Source: Chamaesiphon sp. (lineage in GTDB: Bacteria; Cyanobacteriota; Cyanobacteriia; Cyanobacteriales; Chamaesiphonaceae). Taken from it: DNA of 64,000 nt. The stretch is from contig CBDFFH010000015.1 of NCBI GenBank assembly GCA_965246715.1, positions 375,279 through 439,278 of the forward strand. The letters are read 5' to 3'. Below, in pieces: positions 1-8,915 of this stretch (position 1 is the stretch's first letter; the number at the start of each line of letters is the position of its first letter). A program made the translations under genes and the position numbers. Under the pieces are notes generated by a model. It ran no database searches. It was not told the origin of the DNA and saw nothing but the letters and a program-made list of their open reading frames with translations.

Positions 1-948
1 CGGGTCATCAATACACCCAGGCGCGGTGTTGGCAACACGACGATCGATCGACTCCAGAACGCCGCACAGCAATTAGGCGTGCCGCTATGGGAAATTATCA
101 ATGATGAAACTTCAGTTGCCACAGTTGCTGGGAAATCTGCCAAAGGTGTCCAAAGTTTCGTTAATATTTTAAATAAATGGCGCAGCGAAGCAGAAACTCG
201 TCCGGTAGTGGATGTTGTATCTGGGATTATTGAAGATACGGGTTATGTCCATGAGTTACAAACTCAAGGAACAGATGAAGCTTTAGAACGTATCCAAAAC
301 GTTCAAGAATTAGTTAACGCGACGATCCAATTCCAAGAAGAGCATGATGAGCCAACGCTCGAAGCTTATCTAGCCAGTGCGGCGCTCAGTTCCGATCTCG
401 ACAATCTCCAAGAAGGCAAAGAAGCCGTCTCGTTAATGACCTTACATGCGTCCAAAGGATTGGAATTTCCGATCGTGTTTTTAGTAGGATTGGAAGCAGG
501 CTTGTTCCCGAGTTTTCGATCGCTCAATGACCCCCTAGCTGTCGAAGAAGAACGTCGATTATGTTATGTTGGCATCACCCGTGCCCAAGAAATGTTATAT
601 CTCACTCACGCCCGCGAACGCCGTTTGTATGGATCCAGAGAACCCGCCGTGCGATCGCAATTTATCGGCGAATTGCCACCCGAACTAATTAATAGCAATC
701 TGCGGAGTAAAGGTCGGCAGCAAACAACCGCTCAAACCACGCCAAAATCGCCCAAGACAGTCGGTAATGCGACCAGTCAAACAACCGGATGGCGGGTGGG
801 CGATCGCGTAATCCATCGCAGTTTTGGGGTGGGACAGATCACGCATGTATTTGGTACCGAGCAGAAACAATCTGTCGCAATTAAGTTTCCCAATCTCGGT
901 CAAAAAATTATCGATCCGAAAATCGTTGGATTACAAAAAATTGGTTAG
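1..948 (+). CDS. pcrA: ATP-dependent DNA helicase PcrA/UvrD, 3' part (starts upstream of window)
   Basis: Frame open from base 1 (RVINTPRRGVG); motifs MTLHASKGLEF and EEERRLCYVGITRA; C-terminal Tudor-like GDRVIHRSFGVG. Confidence 0.95.
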   Translation, partial: RVINTPRRGVGNTTIDRLQNAAQQLGVPLWEIINDETSVATVAGKSAKGVQSFVNILNKWRSEAETRPVVDVVSGIIEDTGYVHELQTQGTDEALERIQNVQELVNATIQFQEEHDEPTLEAYLASAALSSDLDNLQEGKEAVSLMTLHASKGLEFPIVFLVGLEAGLFPSFRSLNDPLAVEEERRLCYVGITRAQEMLYLTHARERRLYGSREPAVRSQFIGELPPELINSNLRSKGRQQTTAQTTPKSPKTVGNATSQTTGWRVGDRVIHRSFGVGQITHVFGTEQKQSVAIKFPNLGQKIIDPKIVGLQKIG

Positions 949-960
949 TACCATCTCATC

Positions 961-1443
961 GTGAATACTTATTTATTCCCCGATCGAACTCAATATCAAT
1001 TGGCGATAGGGGCATCAATCGATGTTGCTACCTTAGTCAGATTTCTCGAAATTACCTATCAAGAGCTATATCCCCACCAACAAGACTATCGACATTTACA
1101 GTTTACAGTCGATCGCTACTTCACTCAGCAAACACCACTGTGGTTTGTGACTGATACCGAGCGGGAGCGATCCGATCGAAAAATTGCTTGTTTGTGGGTG
1201 GGGATTGCCATCGACCAAATCACTGGTAATCGACATCCAAATGTTTTTCTGATTTATGTCGATCCTGCTTACCGTCGCCAAGGTATCGGACGCGGGTTGA
1301 TGCAACACGTTGAGGCGTGGGCAAGAAGTCAAGGTTATCACCAGATTGGCTTGCAGGTATTTACAACCGATCGACCCGCGATCGCTCTATACCAACAACT
1401 AGGCTACAAATCGCGATCGATTTCGATGATGCGAGAATTGTAA
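961..1443 (+). CDS. GNAT family N-acetyltransferase
   Basis: Acetyl-CoA motif VDPAYRRQGIGRGLM; ALYQQLGY. Confidence 0.9.
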   Translation: MNTYLFPDRTQYQLAIGASIDVATLVRFLEITYQELYPHQQDYRHLQFTVDRYFTQQTPLWFVTDTERERSDRKIACLWVGIAIDQITGNRHPNVFLIYVDPAYRRQGIGRGLMQHVEAWARSQGYHQIGLQVFTTDRPAIALYQQLGYKSRSISMMREL

Positions 1444-1558
1444 CTGAGATCGATTATGATTCGCTCTGGAATTGCTACGCTAGAAATGGTAGTTAAGGAT
1501 CGATCTCCCAGCAGCGGGACTGAATGACAATCTAATATTCACTATTCACTATATCAAG

Positions 1559-2134
1559 ATGAAAGAAATCGTCGGTGAAATCAAACTCCAGATTACGATC
1601 TTAGTTGCACTCGTCGCCATCATGTGGGGGATTGAGATCCTCGATACCTATGTTTTTCATCACGGACTCGACATCTTAGGCATTTTACCCCGCGAACCGA
1701 TCGGCCTACGCGGAATTTTATTTGCACCTTTTTTACATGCGAATTTCCCACACCTAATTGCGAATACCATTCCCTTTATCGTCCTCGGCGGGTTGATTAT
1801 GGCGCAAAATACCGCTGATTTTGCGATCGTGTCGGTTATATGTATGTTCGTCGGCGGTTTGGGCACCTGGTTATTTGGTGGTAGAGGCATCCATATCGGT
1901 GCTAGTGGCGTGATTTTTGGCTATCTCGGCTTTTTGCTGACACGGTGTTATTTCGATCGCACTTTGGTGTCGGGATTAGTCGCACTATTTGTCGGTACTA
2001 CCTACGGTAGCGTAGTGTGGGGAGTCTTCCCCTCACTTCCAGGTATCTCTTGGGAAGGTCACCTATTCGGCTTTTTGGGTGGGATATTTGCTGCGAGATT
2101 CGTCGTTAATAGTAGCAAAAATCGATCTTTTTAG
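1559..2134 (+). CDS. Rhomboid family intramembrane serine protease
   Basis: HLIAN, catalytic GASG and SWEGHLFG motifs; several TM segments. Confidence 0.92.
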   Translation: MKEIVGEIKLQITILVALVAIMWGIEILDTYVFHHGLDILGILPREPIGLRGILFAPFLHANFPHLIANTIPFIVLGGLIMAQNTADFAIVSVICMFVGGLGTWLFGGRGIHIGASGVIFGYLGFLLTRCYFDRTLVSGLVALFVGTTYGSVVWGVFPSLPGISWEGHLFGFLGGIFAARFVVNSSKNRSF

Positions 2135-2205
2135 TGAGGGATTAGGGGTTAGGGATTAGCGAAAATCTCCTAGCTCCTAACTCCAAAACACCATCGAGTA
2201 AATTT

Positions 2206-2781
2206 ATGGCACCAACTACCGATCGCATCACCACTAAAATCCAGATCTTGGGTACGTTCGTCACTCTGGCGTGGCTAGTTCCTATCCTGAGCACCTATTT
2301 CTCTTCCATCTACTTGCTACTTTGGTATGGCATCATCCCTCGCCAGTCGCTCGGCTTGAGAGGAATTTTATTCGCACCCTTTTTACACGAAGACGGTACA
2401 CATCTACTCATCGATACCATTCCCTTTGTGGCTCTGGGCTGGGCGATAATGGCACGATCGCTCGCCAATTTTACACCCGTCTCGCTCATTTGTTTGGGAA
2501 TTAGCGGTTTGGGTATTTGGCTGACTGGTCATACCAGCAAAGTATCATATATTGTCGGTAGTGGTGGTCTAATTTATGGTTATATCAGCTATTTACTGGC
2601 GATGTACTGCCTCGATCGCCGCTCGATCGGTTCTGCGGTTGTAGCTCTGGCGATCGGTTGTACTTACACTATCGTGCGGGCGGGTTCGTCCTCATGGTTT
2701 CTATCGGGAAATTTATGGCAAGAGGTCATCTTTGGTTGTATGGGTGGTGTGTTGGCTGCAAAGCTTGTCTTCAAAAAATAA
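2206..2781 (+). CDS. Rhomboid-like paralog, probably catalytically inactive
   Basis: Shares GLRGILFAPFLH and TIPF with the upstream gene; aligned GASG reads GSGG and WEGH reads WQEV. Confidence 0.8.
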   Translation: MAPTTDRITTKIQILGTFVTLAWLVPILSTYFSSIYLLLWYGIIPRQSLGLRGILFAPFLHEDGTHLLIDTIPFVALGWAIMARSLANFTPVSLICLGISGLGIWLTGHTSKVSYIVGSGGLIYGYISYLLAMYCLDRRSIGSAVVALAIGCTYTIVRAGSSSWFLSGNLWQEVIFGCMGGVLAAKLVFKK

Positions 2782-2971
2782 AGGTTTTTTTATCGGTCGA
2801 TATCGATATTTCGATCGATCTGCTACTAATTCAGGAAAAAGTCGCTAATCCACAGCTAGAAGATCGTACAAAAGTCCGATTTAATTCGATCGTCATTCAC
2901 GGAAAATAAGGTGAGGTAAATAAATCATCTCGCTCCGTCTAAATACGACGCATCGCCATTAAATCTTTCAT

Positions 2972-3337
2972 ATGCACTTTTTAGAACCTGAAGAAGAAGA
3001 TTGTTACTTCTGCCTACCGTTAGGTTGGGACGGTATTTTCAAGGAAGAAACTTTTGGCGATCGATTGCTACTTTTTTACGAGCAATTTAATAGTAGTACT
3101 CGGGCTTTATTGGATGAGTGCTTATTTCGGGAAGTCAGCCAGGGTATTACTGTGACTGGATTACAAATTCTTTGTAAAAATGAGATTATCTACAAACGAT
3201 CGATCCAAAAACACCAAAAAATCGGTAATGAGATCCGCTGGATTTGGCCGGAAACAGTCACTCAGTTCGAGATCGGCATTCAGACACCAGACTGGTGTGG
3301 ACAGGTGTTTCGACTGCAAGATTATTGGTTGAAGTAA
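2972..3337 (+). CDS. Hypothetical protein
   Basis: 121-aa ATG ORF, co-oriented with neighbours; no recognised motif. Confidence 0.6.
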   Translation: MHFLEPEEEDCYFCLPLGWDGIFKEETFGDRLLLFYEQFNSSTRALLDECLFREVSQGITVTGLQILCKNEIIYKRSIQKHQKIGNEIRWIWPETVTQFEIGIQTPDWCGQVFRLQDYWLK

Positions 3338-3474
3338 CAGCGTTCTGACTTGCTCCTGTCGAAACACCTGGTTAGTGACTAGTTTGCGGAGTCAGTTGAG
3401 ATAAGTATTCGGATATCTCTCTGCTACAGGTTCGTCCGCCCACATAGAATAGGGATAGTGATGGAATACAAGCT

Positions 3475-3798
3475 ATGGATAACAATAATTGGCTACAACA
3501 GATTTTAATGCTGGGCATTGGCACGACGACATTAGTTGCCGATCGCGTGCGGGAAGTCAGCGAACAATGGGTCAAGGAGGGTAAGATCGATCCCGAGCAA
3601 GCTAAGTCATTTGTCGATGACTTAATGCAGCAGATGAAGCTCGATCCGGCAAACTTTGAGGTACAGATGCAAAGAATGATCCGCAACACCATGCAAGATC
3701 TGGGCGTACCCCGTCAAGCCGAAATGGACGAACTACGCGGACGCATCGACAGACTCGAACGTCAGGTGCGCGACTTAGAAAATAAATTATGGAAGTAG
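3475..3798 (+). CDS. Phasin-family / coiled-coil protein
   Basis: LMLGIGTT...WVKEGK and EMDELRGRIDRLERQVRDLE pattern typical of cyanobacterial phasin-family proteins. Confidence 0.8.
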   Translation: MDNNNWLQQILMLGIGTTTLVADRVREVSEQWVKEGKIDPEQAKSFVDDLMQQMKLDPANFEVQMQRMIRNTMQDLGVPRQAEMDELRGRIDRLERQVRDLENKLWK

Positions 3799-3924
3799 CC
3801 AGATGGCAGCTCTCTAACGCATAATTACTAGAAGAATTTAAAGATTCGTGGGCACAGCAGCTGCAAATGCGAATCACCAGCCACCGATGACTATAATCAG
3901 ATAGTGGTCAATATCAGCTTGAGT

Positions 3925-4452
3925 ATGAAAGAAATTTTAGTAAGTTTAGGCGTGATGCTGGGATGCGGTATCCTAGTTTTAATCTTCCAATTTTCTGCAG
4001 GTACACCAGCAGCAACGGCGGGAAGTATCGTTGGATCTGAATCGATCGCGAGCGTCAATAAATCCGCACCTACACCTTCTAATTTAATAACTATGGATAA
4101 CAGTGAAAAAGAGATTACCACCGCTTCAGGACTAAAATATGTCGAGCTGACCGAAGGGACGGGTACGACCCCAACTAAAGGACAAACTGTATCGGTTCAC
4201 TACACTGGGACATTGGAAAACGGTACGAAATTTGACAGTTCGCGCGATCGGAATCAACCCTTTAAATTTCAAATTGGTGAAGGCCAAGTAATTAAAGGTT
4301 GGGATGAGGGACTCAGTACGATGAAAGTCGGCAGTCGGCGCAAGCTGATTATCCCCGCCGAGCTAGGTTATGGAGATCGGGGTGCTGGTGGTGTGATTCC
4401 GCCCAAAGCAACACTAATATTTGATGTCGAACTGCTTGAGATTAAGGGATAA
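3925..4452 (+). CDS. FKBP-type peptidyl-prolyl isomerase with N-terminal signal/TM
   Basis: [33 protein letters not shown] at 3925 preferred to GTG at 3904. Confidence 0.95.
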   Translation: MKEILVSLGVMLGCGILVLIFQFSAGTPAATAGSIVGSESIASVNKSAPTPSNLITMDNSEKEITTASGLKYVELTEGTGTTPTKGQTVSVHYTGTLENGTKFDSSRDRNQPFKFQIGEGQVIKGWDEGLSTMKVGSRRKLIIPAELGYGDRGAGGVIPPKATLIFDVELLEIKG

Positions 4453-4577
4453 GCGGCCGAAGTGGCTGGCGACTGGGGGAAGTTTTCCCACCGTCGCCAC
4501 TCAAATGTCAATTTGGGAACATAGCTTGGTAGAGTATTGTCATAGGTAGGTAGGATGTTTGAACGCGAGTCGCCACC

Positions 4578-5243
4578 ATGAGTCAATCACTTTCCCTATC
4601 TTGGTCCCAGCTTGAGGACAACCTCCCTCGAACTAGAGTGCAAGTAGATAAATTAGATAAATTACCGAACAACGAACTAATCTTGCTCGCACAGTCTGGA
4701 TTGCGGACGGATCGAGCAGCTTTAGCCGAACTGATGCGTCGCCACCAGTCTCATGTCGATCGGATTTTGTATCACTTGGCTCCAGACTGGCAAGATCGGG
4801 CAGATCTGGCTCAGGAAGTGTGGATTCGGGTCTACAAAAATATCAAAAGTCTCAACGAACCAGAAAAATTTCGCGGTTGGTTGAGTCGGATCGCGACTAA
4901 TCTGTTTTACGATGAGTTGCGCAAACGCAAGCGGGTGGCTCCACCCCTATCGCTAGACGCACCGATTAACGTGGAAGACGGCTCGATCGAGTGGGATATC
5001 GCCTCAGACACGCCCAATCCAGCCGAACACCTGAGCACGGTTGAATTCTACGACCAATTGAGAGCAGCGATTGCCAATTTACCAGCGGCTTTTCGCACTA
5101 CGATCGTCTTGCGGGAAATCGAAGGATTATCGTATGAAGAGATTGCTGATGTGACAGGAGTGTCGATCGGTACCGTGAAATCAAGAATTGCCAGAGCTAG
5201 AGCTGGATTGCAATCTCAGCTAACTGGTTATTTTGAATCGTAA
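4578..5243 (+). CDS. sigG: ECF sigma-70 factor (SigG-like)
   Basis: DLAQEVWIRVY, WLSRIATNLFYDELRKRKR, GLSYEEIA...GTVKSRIARAR; followed by an anti-sigma gene. Confidence 0.85.
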   Translation: MSQSLSLSWSQLEDNLPRTRVQVDKLDKLPNNELILLAQSGLRTDRAALAELMRRHQSHVDRILYHLAPDWQDRADLAQEVWIRVYKNIKSLNEPEKFRGWLSRIATNLFYDELRKRKRVAPPLSLDAPINVEDGSIEWDIASDTPNPAEHLSTVEFYDQLRAAIANLPAAFRTTIVLREIEGLSYEEIADVTGVSIGTVKSRIARARAGLQSQLTGYFES

Positions 5244-5354
5244 CTAAATCTCCACAACGGGGAATATTAGCAATATATTTATATTTAGTCTTGCTGGCTG
5301 ATATTAAAATTTATTTAAGTTTGGGACACACACAGGGTAATTGAGGATCGGAAC

Positions 5355-5855
5355 ATGACAGACAACTTCGATGGGGAGCGCTCTGGTGCCGTTTTGGACG
5401 AACGGTTCGAGTTGCTTAGCGCCTATCTCGATGGTGAAGCGACACTCAGCGAACGGCAGCAAGTAGAAGCCTGGTTGGCGAGCGACCCCGCAGTTCAACA
5501 ACAATATCGTCAGCTGCAACAGCTGCACCTGGCATTTCCCAGTATCTCCGTCCCGAGCAGCCAGTCTGCTCAAAGTTTAGCTACCGATGTGTTTGCTAAA
5601 ATCGATCGACAGCGCAATCGCCGCTGGACTTGGTTTGGTGGCAGTGCGATCGCCGCAACATTGGCAGCAACAATTGCTGGATTAAGCGGTCTGTTTGGCG
5701 ACGCTAATAGTCCGCAACTTCAGTTTGCAGCAAATAATGCTGAGAAGCCAGCACCGTTAATGGTGGCATTAAACGACCCGATTCTCGCGATTCCCGCTAA
5801 GAGCGATCGGGTAATCGAAGTGCCAATGCCCGCACCAGAAGTAAATATCGATTGA
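5355..5855 (+). CDS. Membrane-anchored anti-sigma factor
   Basis: RFELLSAYLDGE N-terminal motif, one TM segment, directly downstream of the ECF sigma. Confidence 0.85.
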   Translation: MTDNFDGERSGAVLDERFELLSAYLDGEATLSERQQVEAWLASDPAVQQQYRQLQQLHLAFPSISVPSSQSAQSLATDVFAKIDRQRNRRWTWFGGSAIAATLAATIAGLSGLFGDANSPQLQFAANNAEKPAPLMVALNDPILAIPAKSDRVIEVPMPAPEVNID

Positions 5856-5897
5856 TAGATTTACAGAACTCAGCGCGACTATCTTCAATCCAGCCTA

Positions 5898-5929
5898 AAA
5901 AGAGCGATACCTTTCGGTATCGCTCTTTT
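5898..5929. terminator. Intrinsic (probably bidirectional) terminator
   Basis: AAAAGAGCGATACC-TTTC-GGTATCGCTCTTTT perfect 14-bp stem between convergent genes. Confidence 0.85.
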
Positions 5930-5948
5930 GTTTAGCAGCGAGTTTGAT

Positions 5949-6197
5949 TAATTAACGTGAGTTCGGGATAAGGAAAATCGATCTGCTCCGTTCAAGCACC
6001 GCCCTGAACTATAAGTGTTTCGTTCCGAAAGGCTACGCCAACGGGCTAATAGCAAAAGTTCGTTTCAACGAACTAATCAATTGGGCAGTTCTCTGAAGAG
6101 AACTTTTGCTATGAGCAACTAATTCATTTGAGGGCGGTTCAGAAACGAAGCTAGGAGTCATTAAGTGGACATCTTTAACCCGAACTCACGTTAATTA
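5949..6197. mobile_element. MITE/REPIN-like non-coding element
   Basis: Perfect 19-bp terminal inverted repeats TAATTAACGTGAGTTCGGG (5949-5967 / 6179-6197) with nested internal inverted repeats. Confidence 0.8.
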
Positions 6198-6536
6198 TGC
6201 TTCTTCTGCTGCCAGCGCAGCTGCCGCTGCTTTAGCTGCTTTTTTAGGAGGATCGAGTTTGAGACTTAGGTACCGAATGACATCTTCACTCAGACGCATT
6301 GCGCGTTCGAGCGGGGCAATTTCTTTGCCGGACCCAGTGTAGTTGACTTGAACGTAAATCCCATCGCGGTGCTTACCGATGAGGTACGCAAGGCGGCGTT
6401 TGCCACGCTGTTGGATTTCGATATCAGTGGCTCCGTTGGTCTCGATAATCGCCCGATATTTTTTGATAGATTCATCAGCCTGCTCGTCCGATAAGTCGGG
6501 ACGCAGGATGTACATGATTTCGTATTTGTCGCTCAC
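6195..6536 (-). CDS. rpsF: 30S ribosomal protein S6
   Basis: [27 protein letters not shown]. Confidence 0.97.
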   Translation of the reverse strand: MSDKYEIMYILRPDLSDEQADESIKKYRAIIETNGATDIEIQQRGKRRLAYLIGKHRDGIYVQVNYTGSGKEIAPLERAMRLSEDVIRYLSLKLDPPKKAAKAAAAALAAEEA

Positions 6537-6541
6537 AGATT

Positions 6542-6611
6542 CTCCTTATGGACATAGTGGCTTCCGCTCGATGCACAGGGGCGATCGCAGAAGCAAGGAT
6601 TTATCATTATA
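6542..6611 (-). promoter_or_regulatory. rpsF promoter -10 and probable S6:S18-binding leader
   Basis: Minus strand: TATAAT (6606-6611), then TCCTTGCTTC...GGAAGCCAC...CCATAAGGAG; 5' TCCTT can pair with the AAGGA Shine-Dalgarno, as in known rpsF leaders. Confidence 0.65.
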
Positions 6612-6739
6612 TCAGCAATTGAGTATGTTCCAACACCGCAATTTTAAATTTGGGAAATCGGGATGAGTTGGCATGGACATCAGCAATTCTCATGATAGAA
6701 TTTCAACTGGTATTGAGGGGTAAATCTAGCTCTAGACCC

Positions 6740-8219
6740 TACCCCTGTTAAGGTGACAAAAGCATGACTAAGTAGTGAGGAGCCGAAAAGTAGCAATATG
6801 AGGATGTTTGGGGTCATACTTCTTCTTTGTGGGCGGCTTTTTTGCTCCTCGTGGGGACGACAAGAAACGTTTGAGATTCACATGACTTGCACATGCTCGC
6901 AAAAACTCCGCTAACAAAAGCACACTCATGTGTGCAAAAGGTTGCCAATCCTCAGCACAGATCGCAATCTCCATCCCTCGAAAAGTTGACTGGACTTCTT
7001 CAACCACATAATAATTGGATAAGCTCGACTCAATTTTTCCGGCACCATGAACATCTTTAAGCGCAGCTTTAACCGTAGATAGAATGTTAAACGCCATCAG
7101 TGCTATACAAAAAACGCACAATGCCGCTTTGGGATAACCCAATGTCTTGAGTTCACAATTAAAAGTATCAGTAATAACTTGGAACATCTGTTCGATTTGC
7201 CATCGATTGAGGTAAAGATCTGCCACCATGATGGCTGTCACCTCTGTCTGAGGCAAATTAGTTAACACTGTTACTTGTAAATCGCCATGACGAGTTGAGT
7301 GTTTCAGTTGAATCGTCACTCGGCGGACAAAAAGACCACTATCGAGTCGAACCTGTTGCTCGAAAATAGTGCCACTGTCATTTTGCCCAACTGCCAATCT
7401 TGGTGTTATTTCCGTCCATTTCAAACCCAGGTGCTCTCGAATCACAAAACTGGCTCCATGTGTACTAATACCAGTCAAAAAGTCCTTGGTGCAAAAATTC
7501 CGGTCAGCAATCCATACTTGCCCTGCTTTGACCGTTTCGAGCACTAATGGTAGCAACGATCGCTCTTGAGCGTGAGCATCTTCTTCTGGAAATACATCCA
7601 CGACCATTTCTCGCTGCGGGTCTAGTACCGCGATTGCTTGTCCTGGCAAGGCTCCTGCAACTTCTGGTCGTAATACCTTTAGTCGATGTTCTGTGCCCCC
7701 GATATGATTCCCATCAATGATTCTGACTTCGGATCCTGGTAAGACGACCTTAATTGCTTGAGTAAATTCTGTGACTACTGAGGAAAGTTGTTCGCCACTA
7801 TACCGCACCAATGCCTGAGACAAATTAGGTTCTAGCCCATTGATTTTGGCATACAAGGATACTTTCGACACCCCCACTACTTTCTCGAATGCTTTGTAAG
7901 CGGCACCCACTGATGGATAAATCCCGCAGACGACTAAGCTCATGATTTCGACTACGTTTGAGAATAAGAGTTCTCTGGTGTACTGCCGCTCGGCAGTGTC
8001 TTCAAACAACCGCTCTAGTTGCTCTGTGGCAAAGATTCTTTCCATAATTGCTCTTACCATCACTGTCAAAGGTGTCTGTTCTACAAATCTCTCAAAGATG
8101 TCACTAATCATCTTCAATTCCCTCACTCTGCTTAGGTTTTCAGCTTTCGAGTCAGATTATACTCGGCTTTTATGCCCTTTGAGGCTCTACCAGTACAACA
8201 GCTCACCTTAACAGGGGTA
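6740..8219 (-). mobile_element. IS4-family insertion sequence, intact
   Basis: Perfect 17-bp TIR TACCCCTGTTAAGGTGA; 10-bp target duplication CTCTAGACCC (6730-6739, 8220-8229). Confidence 0.93.
6768..8126 (-). CDS. IS4-family DDE transposase
   Basis: IIDG, IADRNF and the Y-x2-R-x3-E signature (YLNRWQIE). Confidence 0.92.
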   Translation of the reverse strand: MRELKMISDIFERFVEQTPLTVMVRAIMERIFATEQLERLFEDTAERQYTRELLFSNVVEIMSLVVCGIYPSVGAAYKAFEKVVGVSKVSLYAKINGLEPNLSQALVRYSGEQLSSVVTEFTQAIKVVLPGSEVRIIDGNHIGGTEHRLKVLRPEVAGALPGQAIAVLDPQREMVVDVFPEEDAHAQERSLLPLVLETVKAGQVWIADRNFCTKDFLTGISTHGASFVIREHLGLKWTEITPRLAVGQNDSGTIFEQQVRLDSGLFVRRVTIQLKHSTRHGDLQVTVLTNLPQTEVTAIMVADLYLNRWQIEQMFQVITDTFNCELKTLGYPKAALCVFCIALMAFNILSTVKAALKDVHGAGKIESSLSNYYVVEEVQSTFRGMEIAICAEDWQPFAHMSVLLLAEFLRACASHVNLKRFLSSPRGAKKPPTKKKYDPKHPHIATFRLLTT

Positions 8220-8399
8220 CTCTAGACCCTGAATCATAAAAGTGAGGAGGCAATCCCATTTACAGTACCCAAATATCATGGGCTTGGCCAGCTATTTTCC
8301 ATAATGAGAATTGCTGGATCGCTAGGTCGATCGGAGATTGGCGATCGGAAGGTACCTAAAATCGCTATGCTAGAGCAGAACACGATCTGAGAACGCGGT

Positions 8400-8789
8400 A
8401 TGAGCTTAGAATATCCCGATAATTTACGCTATGTAGACAGCCATGAGTATGTCAGTACGACCGCAGACGTAGCAACGATCGGTGTGAGTGCCTTTGCAGT
8501 AGACCAATTGGGTGATATCGTATTTGTCGAATTACCCGAAGTTGGCGAGACGATTAGCAAAGGTAGTGCTTTTGGGACGATCGAGTCTGTCAAAGCCGTC
8601 GAAGATCTCAAAGCCCCAATTAGTGGCAAGGTACTCGAGCGCAATGATGCCGCGATCGATGCGCCAGAAATAATTAGCACCGATCCATATCAAACTGGCT
8701 GGTTGCTGAAAATTAGTGTTGACAATGACAACGAACTTAAGGACACTCTCTCAGCCACGGAATATCGCGTTCGTGTTGAAGGTGCTTAG
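8400..8789 (+). CDS. gcvH: Glycine cleavage system H protein
   Basis: Lipoyl motif [17 protein letters not shown]. Confidence 0.97.
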   Translation: MSLEYPDNLRYVDSHEYVSTTADVATIGVSAFAVDQLGDIVFVELPEVGETISKGSAFGTIESVKAVEDLKAPISGKVLERNDAAIDAPEIISTDPYQTGWLLKISVDNDNELKDTLSATEYRVRVEGA

Positions 8790-8915
8790 GGCATTCTAGA
8801 TAGATAATCGATAATACTAATACTGCCGCTCTATCGCAGTCAAATTTGTCGCAGCCAGATCTAGCTAGATCCGTTACATTTAATTACAGTATCTATTCAG
8901 ACCTCGATCGCCACT

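Larger units (their letters stand above)
6681..8316. mobile_element. Putative ~146-bp MITE interrupted by the IS4 element
   Basis: 13-bp inverted repeat CAGCAATTCTCAT (6681-6693) / ATGAGAATTGCTG (8304-8316) brackets the IS. Confidence 0.55.

Noticed and set aside
8230..8399. Glycine riboswitch upstream of gcvH
   Set aside because: No recognisable tandem aptamer; the region is MITE end plus promoter
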